Below the pieces are notes generated by a model. The model worked only from the letters and a program-made list of their open reading frames with translations, searched no databases and was not told the DNA's origin. From Sphaerodactylus townsendi (Eukaryota): a stretch of DNA of 64,000 nt. The stretch lies in assembly GCF_021028975.2 (NCBI RefSeq), contig NC_059425.1, positions 25,978,001 through 26,042,000 of the forward strand. The letters are read 5' to 3'. The translations under genes and the position numbers were made by a program. The stretch's first letter is position 1; each line of letters opens with the position of its first letter. Of the stretch, positions 1 to 13,910 are shown piece by piece.

Positions 1-129
1 AGGGAATTCCAAATGAAACAAGTCTATAACTGCTGGTAGAATATGGTGACACTTAATGAGAGGGAGACATCAGGCCCACCTCTGTGTTTCTTTTCCGACT
101 TACCTAATATATTATGTTTTCTCTGGCAG

Positions 130-168
130 AGAAAAAGCTGATATTCCCTTGTCTGTGCGGTCCTTAAG
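130..168 (+). CDS. BBS1: BBS1 exon (39 nt) [12 protein letters not shown]
   Basis: ggcag acceptor, gtgagt donor, in frame with next exon. Confidence 0.9.
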
Positions 169-3116
169 GTGAGTTCTGTGACTCAGAACCCTAAATCCCC
201 TGCTTTAGACAATGGGCAATGGGCTTGCTTTCCACCCTTTCCTTTGGAGAGGGTGGTTGTCTCTGGAAGCAGGGATCCTGCTCTGTCCAGCCTCACCTCT
301 TTCCCCTCTGTTTCGGCAGCTTTCTGGCTCTCGACCCCCCTGAGATGGACTCCTTTGTAAACCAGTACAAGATGCAGCCAATCAAGCGCCAGGTATGGAC
401 TGGACACACTGGACACAGTGTGTAACACACTTCTCTCTGTTATGCCAGCCACAGATGCAGGCGAAATGTTAGGAACAAGATCTACCAGACCACAGCCACG
501 CAGCCCGGAAAACCCACAACAACCAGGGACTCCTTGGTCTGGTGGGGATTCCCAGAAGTTTCAATTTCAGGTGTTTCTCTGAAATGCTGTCAGGTGAAGG
601 GAGCCCAGAAACCATCTTTGGAACCAAAAGGAGTGCAATAGCTTTTCTGAGGCACTTGCAGCATGACCAAAATGCTCCACTGGCATCACCTAAACATCCC
701 CTGGAAAGGGACTAAAGCCTTCTGGAACCCACATCAACCCACAGATCTCTTCTGGCCCCTTCTGTCTGCCAGATTGGGTTTCTTTCAGGGAAGGCTTGGC
801 GGTGTAGTGGCTAAGAGCAGGTGCATTCTGATCTGGAGGAACCGGGTTTGATTCCCAGCTCTGCCGCTTATGTTGTGGAGGCTTATCTGGGGAATTCAGA
901 TTAGCCTGTACACTCCCACACACGCCAGCTTGGTGACCTTGGGCTAGTCACAGCTTTTCGGAGCTCTCTCAGCCCCACCTACCTCACAGGGTGTTTGTTG
1001 TGAGGGGGGAAAGGCAAGGAGATTGTAAGCCCCTTTGAGTCTCCTACAGGAGAGAAAGGGGGGAAATAAATCCAAACTACTCCTCCTCCTCCTCCATCAT
1101 CATGGCTCCAACAACTTTCCAGAGAGGTCATCTTTAAGAGCCCGTAAAACTGTTCTTTTTCAAATGGAATTTGAGTGGCACTGTTTTAGGGCTGCGGCTG
1201 AATTTTCTCTACTGAATTTGGCAGTTGGGTTGTGTGCGTTTGTTTGTTTTTATTGTTCAGTGAGGGTGGTTAAAAATATCTACCTGCTTAAAACACTGCA
1301 GTCTTGACTGAACTTATTCTTATTTAGTATCTTATAAATGACAAAAAAAGTCCTTTCCAGCTGGTTAGAGGGGAACGTACTGCAAACTTTATGCTAGTTT
1401 ATCAATATGTGTCCTCATTCATTTTGGTACTCCGGATATCCCTTTGCCTCTTTCAGACAGTGATCACTTGCATGTCTACTCTGAAGAAAAACATGGCTGA
1501 TGAGGATGCCATCAGTTGCTTGGTGATTGGGACAGAGAGCAATGAAATCCTGGTTTTGGACCCTGAGGCCTTCACCATCCTGACAAGGGTAAGGCTTGGA
1601 GAAGAATTCTTTGCAATTCAGAAGCTTGCATGTTTCTCTGCCAATCCTTCCCAGCTTGATCCAGTGAGAGAGAGAAATTTCAGTCATTGTTCAGGACTAA
1701 CATTAGTCACCCATTCTAGCATCCTTCACAGTTGCGCTGTTCAGTCACTGAACTAGCTATTAGAAAACCAATCCAGCATCTAGAAAATGAATACATTTTC
1801 TGCTCCCTTATGGCTGTAAAAGTGCCTTGAAGCCTTTGGGTGGTGTCTGTGAAATTTCTAACACCTGAGGTGGTGGGGAGTGGGGGAAGGTGAGCACAAT
1901 CCTTTCTTTGTGCCCTGAGAGGATGCAGGAGGTTCCCGTTCCTTACATGTGAAGCCTCAGACAGTCTGATGAGCCCCAGACCATCCCCAGCCCTGGCACT
2001 GTGGTGGCGTGCCCAGCCTTACCATGGGCCGCTTTTATTTTCCATGGCAGATGATGCTGCCAAGTGTGCCGGCTTTCTTGGATATCATGGGCCAGTTTGA
2101 CGTGGAATACCGCCTGACCGTGGCTTGCCGTAATGGATGCGTTTACATCTTCCGCAGGTGGGTGGCTGATGGTCATGCCCAGCCAAAGGGAAGCTGATGG
2201 GCGGAGGAGATGTGGGAGGGGCACACCACAGAACTAAAATGTGGCGGCTTGTATGTTCTGCATCTGGCTCAAGTTTCCCCTCATACTTTCCACTGTTCTC
2301 CCCCCCACCCCGTGGTTCTTCCTGAGGTGGCATTTTGCGAGCAAACTCCCCTCTTTTAGTCCAAGCTCCTTCTGTAATTAATTCAGCTTGATTCTAGAAC
2401 CAATTTCTGATGACAAAGCAAAACCCTGGGAATGTTACCAATAAAAAGGACACCTCTCAGTGCAAAGTGTTTTTCCAGTTCCACTGTTTGGCCTCACTTA
2501 GCTGTGACTTCCAACTGCATAAAGATCCCTGTTATTGGGCTGTCTGACCCTGTATGCGTGCATATTAGGTGCATGTGCTCTGTGAACGAGCCCTTCTCCA
2601 AAACTGGGCCCTTGAGTTCACACAAACAATCAAGAAGCATAGGTGTCAAACTCGCGGACCTCCAGATGTTGTGGACTACAGTTCTCACCTTCCCCCGCCA
2701 GCATGATGCTGGCAGGGGATGATGGGAACTGTAGTCCATAACATCTGGAGGCCTGCGAGTTTGACTGTCCCTTCCTCTTTCCTTCGGCAGGTGTTGCAGA
2801 CTTAGGCCTGAACGCCCAGCAGGAAATCTAGATCTGGATGCACTTTGTGTTTTAGGGATCTGTGATGAAGAGATGAGGATCCAAAGCGTTCTTTAGTCAA
2901 AACAAAAACCCGAGGTCTGAGCAGAGTAGAAAAACTGGGCCGGTTTTGTTGAGCAAGATAACAACGTGCATATGTGCTGTCATAATATCAGGCATCCTGT
3001 ACCACAGAGCACTCCTACACTCGGCAACATGTAAATGCAAGATAAGAGTTTGATGAGGGGGTGGAAAAGAGAAGGAGATCATATCTGAGCCCTATGGGGG
3101 AAGGCGGTTTATAAAT

Positions 3117-3189
<73 letters not shown>

Positions 3190-6100
3190 GGAGAACATTG
3201 ATGGTTATCAATGCAGCTCTGAACACAGTTCACATCCTTCTAAACAAATTGACTCTATTCAATTTAGACGGATGTAACTCTGCTTAGGGGTGCTACCTGC
3301 CTGTTTCCGCCTGGGGAAAGTGTCTGGGGTGACATCTGGATTCCAAGGGACTGACGATCCAACTGATCTAAGACCTGGAACTCCAGGCTACCTGATTTGT
3401 GCAGGAGCGGAGGCTTGGCGAGAGCCACGGGTGGGGTGCTGAGTAAGAGTTCTCAGGAATAAAATAGAAAGGGAGGTTCAAGTAGGAGTAGCCACATGAA
3501 GAGATGCCAGGGCAGCAAGAGAGATGAGAACCAATTACTTGGCGCAAACAAGTAGAGGGAAATGATTGTAGCTCTGATACAGGAACAAGATAATGAGAAA
3601 ACATTTCATTTTCTCAGGCTTTTTGTGGTGGTTTGGGGTGGTTGATGAAGTCAAAGGCAAGCCTTGCAGTTGGTTGGGGGTGTGGTGGAGGTGCTCCTGG
3701 GGTCCAGGAAGTCCTTCAAAGAAAGAAGGGAAGGGAAAGCTGTGGCAAGGCAGAGATGTTTTGGGGGAGGTCTTGCTGACCTCCCTAGGAGTTAGGCACA
3801 GGCACAATAGTTTATTACTTCATTTATTAAAGGCAGATGTTGCTGAAGGTTCTTTGGAAGGAATGAAGCAAGACAACCCAGCAGGGTGCCTAAATATAAT
3901 AGCAGTGGCATAGTGGTTAAGAGCAGGTGTACTCTAATCTGGAGGAACTGGGTTTGATTCCCCGCTCTGCCGCCTCAGCTGTGGAGACTTATCTGGGGAA
4001 TTCAGATTAGCCTGTGCACTCCCACACACGCCTGCTGGGTGGCCTTGGGCTAGTCACAGTTCTTCTGAGCTCTCTCAGCCCCACCCACCTCACAGGGTGT
4101 TTGTTGTGAGGGGGGAAGGGAAAGGAGTTTGTAAGCCCCTTTGAGTCTCCTACAGGAGAGAAAGGGGGGATATAAATCCAGCTCTTCTATTTCTAAAGGC
4201 AATTTGGTTGACTTCAAATAGCCTAAACAACAGCCTAAGAACTGGTAATGCATGGGTGGGTGGGTTTTTCTCTGGATTCCATTTCCGTGGATTTATCCCG
4301 CCTCTTGCAAGCTGGCTAACAGTTAGCTATAATTCAGATAGGCTGGGTGTCCCACTCCTCCAATTTGCTTCCTGTTATTCTTCACACAGGCCCAAGGCTG
4401 GGCTTGCAAGACTCTGCTGATCACAGGCATGAATGGTGGAGCCTAACAAAAAGGCAACTCAGAGGATGTAGCAACACTACAGAAAAGTGCACCATTCGCA
4501 CTTGACAACCTATCTCCATGGTGCACTTTTTGAAAAAGGTGGCAGTACTTTCTGTGTAGGAACAGTGGCCTGTGTCTAGTAGCCTCCCAAGAACAGCAAA
4601 GGCCCGAAGACCTTTTAAATGCAAGAGAAGAGTCTGGACAGCCTTATGAAGGCAATTTAGGCAGTTGCTTTTAAATATTAGACAGACCAAACCAACACGC
4701 AGGCTGCAATCCACCAGGAAAGTCTGCTTTGTGAGAGCTCTGTTGCACCGTTTCTGTTCATGTCAAAGGAAATATTTATTTATACTCCTCCCCCCCACCA
4801 ATTGAGGCCATTCCTTCTCCATTTTATCATCACATCAACCCTCTTGAGAGATAGGTTGGGCTGAGAATGTGAGTGTGCTTTCATAGCAGAGGGGATTCGA
4901 ACAGGGGTCTCCCTGATCCTAGTCTGACAAGTCTAACTATTACACTACTCCTGCTGTATCACAGGATGCTTATCAAGAGTGCAACCTGGTTGATTGTGCA
5001 CTGTGTTCAGAGGTGTGGCTCCAAGGGGGGGGGGGTACGCAATGCACTGGGGCCCTGCCCCTTTGGGGATGTGGTGGGGGCAGAGGACACACCAGTGCAC
5101 CGGGCGCTTTCCCCCCTTGCTACGCCTCTTGACTGTGTTCATTGGGATTGGAAGCCATTTTGGATTTTCCAGCTGAGGCAACAAGGTGTCTTTGATCAGC
5201 TTTCCCCCAGAATGACTGTTTTAGTGGGACGCAGGTCAGAACGTCAATGAGGGCTATTGCGGAAGTGTCAGTGCTGATCTACCATACTTTTGTCTTCTGT
5301 CCAGGGACTCCAAGAGGCCCAAGTACTGCATTGAACTGAGTTCTCAGCCTGTGGGTTTGGTGCGAGTCCAAAAGAACATTGTGACTGCCTGTTCTGACCA
5401 GACGCTGCAAGGACACACACAGAAGGTTGGAGGGGGCTGTTGTGTGCACAAGATGAATTGTTGGGGTGTAAGGCTTAAGTTGGTTTTCTTTGCTCAAATT
5501 GCCAGGAGTATATCCACTTGAGCTTAACTCCAGTTTGCAGAAGGAGGCTTCATTTCAAGGGGCATTAGAGGTAACTAGTACATACAGGGGAGGCATTTCT
5601 TTTTTTCCAGAAGGAAACATAGCCAACTTGCAGTTCACAAAATACAGTTACTTCCATTAGTAATAAAGTGACTTGCATGTAATATTGCCCTGTGCAAAGG
5701 GATAAATACATTGACACTAGTGTTGTCTGATATATAGATACATGCATGATGAGTTTCTAGGAACATTCTGTTTCATATAAAACCTCCTGGAGGAATCATT
5801 TAACCATTTCATTTAATCATTATCCAACAGCTGAGCCTGGCGGGATGAGGGGGGAAGGAATCCCCTGAATCCGTGTTGTGGCTCCGTCAGCCAGCCTGTG
5901 AGCAGTGGTGGGATTCAGCAGGTTCACACAACTTCGGCAGAACCGGTTGTTAGAATTGTGCTTGTAAACAACCAGTTATTAAATTATTTGAATCCCACCA
6001 CCGGTACTGGTTGTTAAATTATTTGAATCCCGCCACCGGTCGTAAGCGTGCTCTCTGGAGAGACAGAGAGTACGCCCACAACTGGAAAGAAATGATTCCC

Positions 6101-9100
6101 CTCCTCTCAAAAGGGGCGCAAATCTACCCACTCACTCCCTGAGAGGGGGGCAGAGCAAGTCTAAGGCAAATAGTGTCTCACTAGGTGGGCAAAGTGTTTC
6201 TTGATTGTTCGTCTCGTTTCTTTACTTGTTGGGAACAGATCTCTAGAGATGGTTGCGTCCTCAATGTAATAAAGTTTGGTTATCAGTTGGAACTAGCCTT
6301 GGTACCTCACCCACCATCCTTTGGCATCTTGCTTGCTAGTATCCCATTGAGAGGCTGCACAGAATGCCCACGATGATGAAATGCAAGGTCACACTTAACT
6401 GTAACACAGATGCGTATTGGGGGGAAATGGTGGCCAGAGACAACTCCTCTGGGCCCCCCATGCCTCCCGAGCGCCCCCCATGCCTCCCGAGCCTACCCAC
6501 CCACCCGCGGCCTCCCTGCAGGACGGCTTTTAAAAGCTGGCCTCCCTGCAGGCTGGCTTTTGCCCAAAAGCCGGCCTGCATGGAGGCAGGGGGGCAAGAC
6601 TTGACAGTGAACCCTGCCTTCCTGCAGGTTGTCTACTAAGCTGGCCTGGAGGGGGCGGGGCTTGGTGGTGTGTGACTGGGTCGCATGCCTTTTGGTCATG
6701 TGGGGGGGTGCCCGGCGCCCCCACATGATGAAAAGGCGTGCGCTTGGGGACATGAGTGACCCCAGGTCCCTATAGGCTGTACACCTCTGCTGTGACTGTA
6801 GTTCACTGTGCAGACTTTTTGCAGGCAGACGATTCCCCACCCACTGTGGCCATTTCTTTGCCTTGGCTGGGTGCACTTTTCAGTGAGATGTGGCAGCAAC
6901 AAGTGAACTGAGGGAATAGCATTCGCTCCCCCTCCCATCATGTGACTGGGTGGGAAAGCTGCCTCACAGCCATGGGAGATGGGAATGAGTGGGTTTTTTT
7001 GCACTCACTTTGCAAATGAAGTTTAAAGCTTGCTAATCTACTGTGGCTGGCTCTGCACAAGCACAGATCCCAATCTGTGCCTGCACAGAAGCCCACTTGA
7101 TGAACTGCAGTGACAGGTAAGTGCAACCCTGTATATATGAAAATATTACCTGGAAACTTGGTGCTGTGAATATTTTGCACATTAACATTGTTGGAATAAC
7201 CATGTAAACATCCAATGTTTATGATGTCACATTAAATACAAGGGGTTTTTATTATAATGAGGGGATGCAGTCAGTGGTGGGTTCCAAAAATTTTAATAAC
7301 AGGTTCCAATGGTGGTGGGATTCAAACAGTGGCGCCGCCGCATACACGCACCTCCAGTCCCTATTGGGCAGGGAGGTTGCTTTAGTAACCCCTTCTCGGC
7401 ACTCAGAAAAAATTAGTAACCACTTCTAGAGAAGTGGTGAGAACTGGTTGGATCCCTCTTGTGGATGCAGTTGTGTTGTGTGAACTATGTTTTGAGTTGT
7501 TGTTTTCCCCTAGATTCCTACAGTCTTCCCTTCTTTGGGGTCTGATGTTTCTTCTCTCACCTGCAGGTGGTGCTATTATCACTCCTGACTCTTCTGTAAA
7601 GGAAACATACTACCCTGTTTCCCCGAAAATAAGACATCCTCTGAAAATAAGACGTAGTAGAGGTTTTGCTAAATGTAAAGCATCCCCCAAAATTAAGACG
7701 TAGCAAAGTTTTTGTTTGGAAGCATGCCCGTCGAACAGAACACCAGAGCATGCAGCTGTGGAGCGGAAAAATAAGACATCCCCTGAAAATAAGACATAGC
7801 GCATCTTGGGGAGCAAAAATTAATATAAGGCACTGTCTTATTTTCAGGGAAACACGGTAGTTGAAAAGACTGTTGGTCCTTAAGGAAGTTTGCCTGAGGA
7901 GTAGGTCAGAGCAGCCATGCTTACATGTTCTTTGCATTATATTCTCCTGACAGGGAAAGAAACTCTGGACCATCTCGCTGCCAGCGACACCAATGACTAT
8001 GAGCTTGATGGACCAGAAATCCCGGGGTTTCCAGGCTGTGCTGGTGGCGTTGACCAACATGGAGGTGCACATGTACCAGGACAAGAGCCTTGTGAATGTC
8101 ATCCGAACGCAGGTGGGATGTGATGGAATATGTGGAGCAAATGTCTGGATTTGTAATGGGAGCTGGTGGGAGGAGCTGGCTTCTTTGTCAGTTATGTGGT
8201 GAGAGAGCATAGGCGAAGTTATAAGGGGGCAGTGCGGGGGATGCGCCTCGCACCGGGCGCATGCCGGGGGGGGTGGGGTGGTGGAAACTAAGCCTGAAAC
8301 TAAGAACTAAGGTAAGTGGGAGGAGCTGGGAGAGGCGAAGGAGGACTCTACTTGGAAAGCAGAAAACACAAAGTCTGCACCGGGCACAGTTTGGCTCAGC
8401 TACGCCTCTGTGAAAGAGGCAAGTTCTAAAGCTTGTGTGTGGGTTGCTCAAATCCTGGACTCCTGTGTCAGGTTGTAGAAAGGGTGTTGCTTAGGAAGTT
8501 AAAGCAGGAGAAAGCATCTCCTGTTAAGCTGAGGGTAGACCTCAGTTAGCAAAGAGCAGCATCTTCTATAGTTGCCTTGAAACAGAGACACTGTGGAGTG
8601 TCACCTGACCAGCTACAGTGGGGCTGATCAGCCTGAATTCTCTCCTTTCCCAGGGGATTGGGGATGTCCCTTGCCTGTCATCTCTGTGGGCAGCCAGTTC
8701 AAGAGCCACTGCAGGCTTTCAATCATTCTCAGCTCTAGGAGAGGAGCCCCTGAGAAGAGGAGGCTGTTGTAGGTCAGAGATGGGCAGGACGTAACCCAAG
8801 CAGGGAACAGGAGAAAGGCCGGTGGGAGAGAAATCAGCATAGGGTAGGGGTCTGCAACCTGTGGCTCTCCAGATGTTCATGGACTACAATTCCCATCATC
8901 CCCTGACAGCATGGCCAATTGGCCGTGCTGTCAGGGGCTGATGGGAATTGTAGTCCATGAACATCTGGAGAGCCACAGGTTGCAAACCCCTGGCCTAGGG
9001 AGAAATGAGCCTGTCCATGCTGAAGTGAATGGAGAATAGCATGGGAGGTAGTGGAGGGGAAAGTATAATGGAGGCAGCTTGCTGATTAGAACAAAGGGTT

Positions 9101-12100
9101 GGAGAAAAGAGGGGCAAGAGGGGAACTTAGAGGAGGTAGAAATTGGGGGACAGGAAGAAAGGCAGCCTCTCCCTCAACCCATAAAACTTTATTTTCTATT
9201 TCCTGCTCCCAGGATGTGGTCACCAGTATCTGCTTTGGGCGCTATGGCCGGGAGGATAACACCCTTGTCATGACAACCAAAGGTAAGAGCAGAAAGCATG
9301 TTAGATCAGCCCATTTAACCCAGCATTTTCTGTGCAGTGATGGAGAACCAGATGATGCTGATGTAATAATTTGACCTATACTCTGTTGCAATAATTTGGC
9401 CCATACTCTGTTGTTTGTCTCCAGCGTCTCGAAGTCACAGTTATACTACGGCTAGTCAAGGAGGCTCTGGGTAGGCCTGAAAATCACAGGTCCACAGCAT
9501 AGTTGCAGCATCCAAGGACCTCTTGGCTCTAATGCAGAAGGTGTCACTGTGAACAAGATCCCTTCTTCACAGAAAGACATTTCTCCCTTTCATAGGGTGG
9601 CTTAAGTTGGTGGTGAAAGCTATTGTGTTTCCCTTTTTTAACTAAAAGGATGGAAGCCTCTTTCTCTTGTGGATGTACTTTTGAAAAGACAAGAACAAAA
9701 TCCAGAAGTTTCTCAGTGGCAGAATACTTGCCATACCTGACTCATGTGTGGCTTTCTGGAAGTTGCTGCACCCTGGTTTATTCTGGAAGGTCCTGGGTGC
9801 TTTTCTTTCTTTTGCATTAGGAGTCTGAGACTGTGCTGCTGTGTATACAATATTGTTTTAGTCTGCTATGTCCTTGTTTGTTGCTTTGCTAGATAACTTT
9901 GCTGGATAACTTTGCAGGGCACTGCCCTGAGCCCTCCAGGGGAGGGCAGTCTATAAGACTTCCCCTTTCTCCTCCTCCTCCTCTTCCTCCTCCTCATCAT
10001 CAAAACACTAGGGCAGCACTTGAAACATCTTTGAATTGACAAAATTAACATCTGTCAAATTTAGAAGGCAGCCCTGCTGGGATCTGCATGAATACTTTGC
10101 CGATACATTACAACTTCCTAGGCCTCTGTGTGAGGTTCAAATTGTAATGAAGGCCAACAACCAGCTAAAGATCTGGCAGCTGTGAAATCTACCATAAAAA
10201 CAACAACAATAATAACTGGATGCTGTTTTGTGGATTGGTTCCTGCTTAATTAATTTTTCCTTGCATTTTAAAGCTATCTGCTACTTTCCAACTGTTTTAT
10301 CCTTGTTTGTATTCTCTGCATTTCTGCTGGTCTTGCGGTTGTCTGTCACCTTCCTTGGAAGCTGATACTTGTCAGTGAAAATGCAGACTAATAAATGCTT
10401 CAGGAATAATTTCTTTTAAACCAGCTGCCAAATGATGTGGCATTAGAGGGGGACTTTATACCCTGCAGGACTATTTACCCTGCCTTTTACCCCCTTCTCC
10501 TAGGTGGGGGTTTGATCATCAAGATCTTAAAGCGGACTGCTGTGTTTGACAGGGGCGATGCATCTATAGGGGCTCCCATTGCCCAGAGCATCAAGCTTAA
10601 TGTGCCCAAGAAGACAAAACTGTATGTGGACCAGACACTGAGGGAGCGGGAATGCAGTGCAGGTGAGTAGATGGGGGTGGTGTCAGTGTCTGCCTGGTAC
10701 CTTTGATGCTCCACATTAGGGCTTAGGTACACTACCTCCTACCAGGGCACCAGCTGCCTCTCTCTGTGAATTAGGGGAGATTCCTCTATTTTTTCCACCG
10801 ATCCCAGATTAAAAAATTATCTGCTGCTGAATCCCAGACTCTTTAAATGTTCATTCAAAGGAAAAGAAAAGCACCTGTTTATAGTTTATGTGGTCACAGA
10901 GGCAAAAAGCCCACTAAAGGTGAAAAGCAGATCTGTGAAGAACACCAACTCTGTTGAAAGCCATTTGCTCGAAGTATCTCTCCAGTGCTCTGGCACCTCA
11001 GGCAGGTCAGCATGACTTTCTGCAGACAAAATGTGATCGACAGCGCTCTGAGAATTGGGTGAGGGTTGCTTGACGGATATCTTTCCAGATGGTTGCACTC
11101 TTATTGGCAAGCAACCATCACCATGGTAACCTCTTTTTTTTGCCTTCAAGTCACCTGAGGGTCTTCAAGACAAGAATCTTTCGGAGGTGGTTTTGCTATT
11201 GCCTGCCTCTGTGTCACTTAGAGAGAAGCTTAGAAAAGGTTTTGGCTGCTGGAGGCAGGCCCATTGGTCCACTCTCAGAGTCTCCATGTAAAACACTTAG
11301 CTCCTGATCTGCCATGCACAGAGTATTTGACAGCCAGAGTGGTGTAATGGCTAGTGTGTTGCACTGAGACCTTGACGACCCAGTTCGAATCCTCACTCTG
11401 CCATAGAAGCTTGCCGGGTGGCCTTGGGCCAGTCACAGACTCTCAACCGTAACCTACCTCACAGGATGGTGGTTGCGGGGGGAAAAATGAAGGAGGGGAG
11501 AATATTGTCAGCCACTTTGGGTCCCCATTGGGGACAAAAGTGTGATATAAATTAAGTAAATAAAAAGTTGAGTGGGCAGACTTCTGACTGGCCTCTTTCC
11601 CTCTCTCTCCAGCCATGCACCAGGTGTTTCAGATGGAGCTGAACCGTGTCCGCCTGCTGGCAGCGCGCAGCTACGTCCGGGCCCTGGAGTCCAGTCTGAC
11701 TCCCATCGCGGGGACACAGCAGGAGCCACTCAAGATGAATGCTGTGGTGAGGAGGAAGGGCAATGGGCACCGAGGCCTTGGCCCATATTAGTCCTGCTCT
11801 AGATTAACTCTCCTGTGGAGAGACGGTGGGAGGAAGGGATGTTGGAGACTTACTGTAGAATGAAGGGTGGGCACTCTCTAAGTTCTTCAGAATCTCTTAG
11901 CCCCGCCTACCTCACAAGGTGTCTGTTGCGGGGAGAGGAAGGGAAAAGAGCTTGTAAGCCACCTTGAGTCTCCTTACAGGAGAGAAAGGTGGGGTATACA
12001 TCCAGACTCTTCTTCTTCTAAGGCCATATGTAAAAACTGAGCAATAGTAATTCTCTCCATGGAACCCTGGGGTGGGTGGGTGTTATCTGGGAGTGGGCGC

Positions 12101-13910
12101 AAAGTGGTTTCTGAGATGTCTCACTACCACCCCAAAGCGCACTTTTGGCTAGATTCAGGTGGGGAGCTGTATTGGTCTGAAATAAAAGACAAACCAAGTT
12201 TTACTCTTGGTATAAGCTTTCATGTGAACCAAGAGCCAAGAACTTTGTTGGTTTGAAAGGTGCCACTAGTTTCTGACACGACCTGCAATTTTGGATACAT
12301 ATATATGAGTGAGGTTGTAGCCAGGGAGGGCCATGCATGTTCCTTGTGAGGGCTGGTGGGACCCGATGGAAGATTTATTCTACAGACTAGGAACCGTTGG
12401 GAGGAAGGTGTAATTTTCAGTTGTGCCGCTCCATAGAAAAGCAAGTGGCTTCGCTGGTTAATTCATGGTCACTAGAGGTCATTAGGCAGGCTTGCAAAAC
12501 TAATCTGAGGAGGAAAAAATGGCTACATGCCAATGAAAATCAGGGCATTGCTGCAAAGAGTTGGAGAGGCTGCTTTTGCAATATATATTTGGTGGTGGGA
12601 GTTATTCCTGGGGCTGGTTTCATGTTTTAGCTATGGATTCAGTTTTGGGGCTTGCAGCAGATGTTCAGAGCATTTCCCCCCCCATTGGAGTTCATTGAGG
12701 CTTTGCTAGTCTGCTCTTCCCCACCACCCTCCTTGTAGTATCAAGGCCAAACTAGGCCTGATGGGCATCCTTGTAGCAGTCACGAGGACATCACTGCCAG
12801 TTTAAAGCCATTTTAAAATGTTTCAGGGATGTGATCCTGGAGGGCACTCTTGTTTCCTTCCCCCTGCAATTTGTCAAGCTCCAAAATGGCCACAACGTCC
12901 CGCCCCGCCCCCAATGGTGAACATGGGCCACAGTGGGAGCTTCTTCACAGTGGCCTCAGGGACACTGTCATGTGCAGCTTTACCCTCAATTGTTCAGTCT
13001 CTGCATTTCCCCCTAACACACACCCCATCCTGTACAGGTCCAGGGCATTGGCCCCACCTTCAAGTTGACTCTTCACCTCCAGACGACATCAGCCACCCGC
13101 CCGGCCATCAACCTTCTCATCAGCTTCCTGTACGACGAAGGCCTCTACTACATGGCCCGTCCCTTCTTCAAGGTAACCCTGCCTCCCAACTCTCTCCTCT
13201 TTCCCCGCTGCCCCTGTGGTTATCCTTAGGCAATGCTATTTTTAATATCGCTATTAAAACATGTCTGGGGCATCAGCAATAAACTTTGAATGTCCGTGGG
13301 GGATTGTCTCCTTCCGATGCTGTGAAGGGGTTTCTCTTTGAACTTGGTCTCCATATTGCCGCCCTGCAGATATATTTTTATCCCACCACTCCACCTCTGC
13401 CTGCTGCACTGGAAATTCTTTACCTGTTTCCTCCCTTCAGGCTCCTATGTTGGTCCCTGGTCTGAATTACCCCCTGGAAACCTTCGTGGAGTGCTTAAGT
13501 GACAAAGGGATCTCCGATATTATAAAGGTTGGTGCCCGTGCCTTGGTTTTTTTTCTGTCTCTGTACTCCCTCCTGCTCCCCTGCTGCCAAGCCTTGGTCC
13601 TTGGTGGAATGCTCAGGTTTTCCTTTTAGAAGCAAATCCTAATCCCAGAAGAAGAGCCCTGCTCCCAGACCAGGGACTACGTCCACCATCTTCCATCTCC
13701 AAGTTGGACAGTGTTGGCATCCTGCCTTCCATGCGGTCATATCCCAAGCATCCTGGCTGGCTTTTTTTTTTTAAAGGCAGGGGCATTGCCACCTCACCTA
13801 TTCTGTCTCCCTTTGCATTGCAGGTTTTCGTGCTGCAGGAGGGAGAGAGCACCCCGCTGCTTATGGCGCACATCAATATGCCCGTCAGCGAAGGCCTGGC
13901 AGCTGCGTGA
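130..13910 (+). CDS. BBS1: Bardet-Biedl syndrome 1 (BBSome subunit), 5'-partial gene, 12 coding exons (equivalent to human exons 6-17)
   Basis: Exons 130-168, 320-392, 1457-1588, 2051-2157, 5305-5425, 7954-8112, 9213-9282, 10504-10662, 11613-11746, 13038-13172, 13441-13527, 13824-13910. All are GT-AG with consistent phase. Peptides such as [42 protein letters not shown] and [12 protein letters not shown]...[10 protein letters not shown] match BBS1 as I recall it. Confidence 0.97.
320..392 (+). CDS. BBS1: BBS1 exon (73 nt) [24 protein letters not shown]
   Basis: ggcag / gtatgg boundaries. Confidence 0.93.
797..1095 (+). mobile_element. tRNA-derived CORE SINE (Squam3-like)
   Basis: GGTGTAGTGG A-box head, CORE-like CCTACCTCACAGGGTG, microsatellite tail; near-identical copies across the window; boundaries approximate. 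Confidence 0.8.
1457..1588 (+). CDS. BBS1: BBS1 exon (132 nt) [12 protein letters not shown]...FTILTR
   Basis: tttcag / gtaagg. Confidence 0.95.
2051..2157 (+). CDS. BBS1: BBS1 exon (107 nt) [22 protein letters not shown]...
   Basis: ggcag / gtgggt. Confidence 0.95.
3119..3189 (+). repeat. (AAT)n microsatellite, about 23 units
   Basis: Direct reading; tail of a SINE/LINE remnant. Confidence 0.95.
3902..4190 (+). mobile_element. Squam3-like SINE
   Basis: Same family as 797-1095; boundaries approximate. Confidence 0.8.
5305..5425 (+). CDS. BBS1: BBS1 exon (121 nt) [18 protein letters not shown]...HTQK
   Basis: ccag / gttgga. Confidence 0.94.
7272..7463. mobile_element. hAT non-autonomous element (CAGTGGTGGG-ended family)
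   Basis: TSD gatgcagt; related to 18397-18807 and 44207-44795. Confidence 0.75.
7613..7857. mobile_element. Tc1/mariner-type (Tc2/pogo-like) MITE
   Basis: TA-flanked TIRs ccctgtttccccgaaaataagac / gtcttattttcagggaaacacgg; second copy at 61828-62057. Confidence 0.8.
7954..8112 (+). CDS. BBS1: BBS1 exon (159 nt) [10 protein letters not shown]...VIRTQ
   Basis: gacag / gtggga. Confidence 0.95.
8845..8992. mobile_element. Palindromic hAT MITE
   Basis: Near-perfect foldback centred on ggccaattggcc; 8-bp TSD gcataggg/gcctaggg. Confidence 0.85.
9213..9282 (+). CDS. BBS1: BBS1 exon (70 nt) [23 protein letters not shown]; includes the Met equivalent to human M390
   Basis: cccag / gtaaga. Confidence 0.95.
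10504..10662 (+). CDS. BBS1: BBS1 exon (159 nt) [14 protein letters not shown]...RERECSA
   Basis: cctag / gtgagt. Confidence 0.95.
11613..11746 (+). CDS. BBS1: BBS1 exon (134 nt) [14 protein letters not shown]...PLKMNAV
   Basis: tccag / gtgagg. Confidence 0.95.
13038..13172 (+). CDS. BBS1: BBS1 exon (135 nt) [15 protein letters not shown]...PFFK
   Basis: tacag / gtaacc. Confidence 0.95.
13441..13527 (+). CDS. BBS1: BBS1 exon (87 nt) [17 protein letters not shown]...DIIK
   Basis: ttcag / gttggt. Confidence 0.95.
13824..13910 (+). CDS. BBS1: BBS1 last coding exon [28 protein letters not shown]
   Basis: tgcag acceptor, TGA at 13908-13910. Confidence 0.95.
   Translation, partial: VFVLQEGESTPLLMAHINMPVSEGLAAA

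Noticed and set aside
797-870. tRNA gene
   Set aside because: tRNA-like head of a multi-copy SINE.
7557-8210. 217-aa - strand ORF
   Set aside because: Antisense to a BBS1 exon plus a MITE; spurious.
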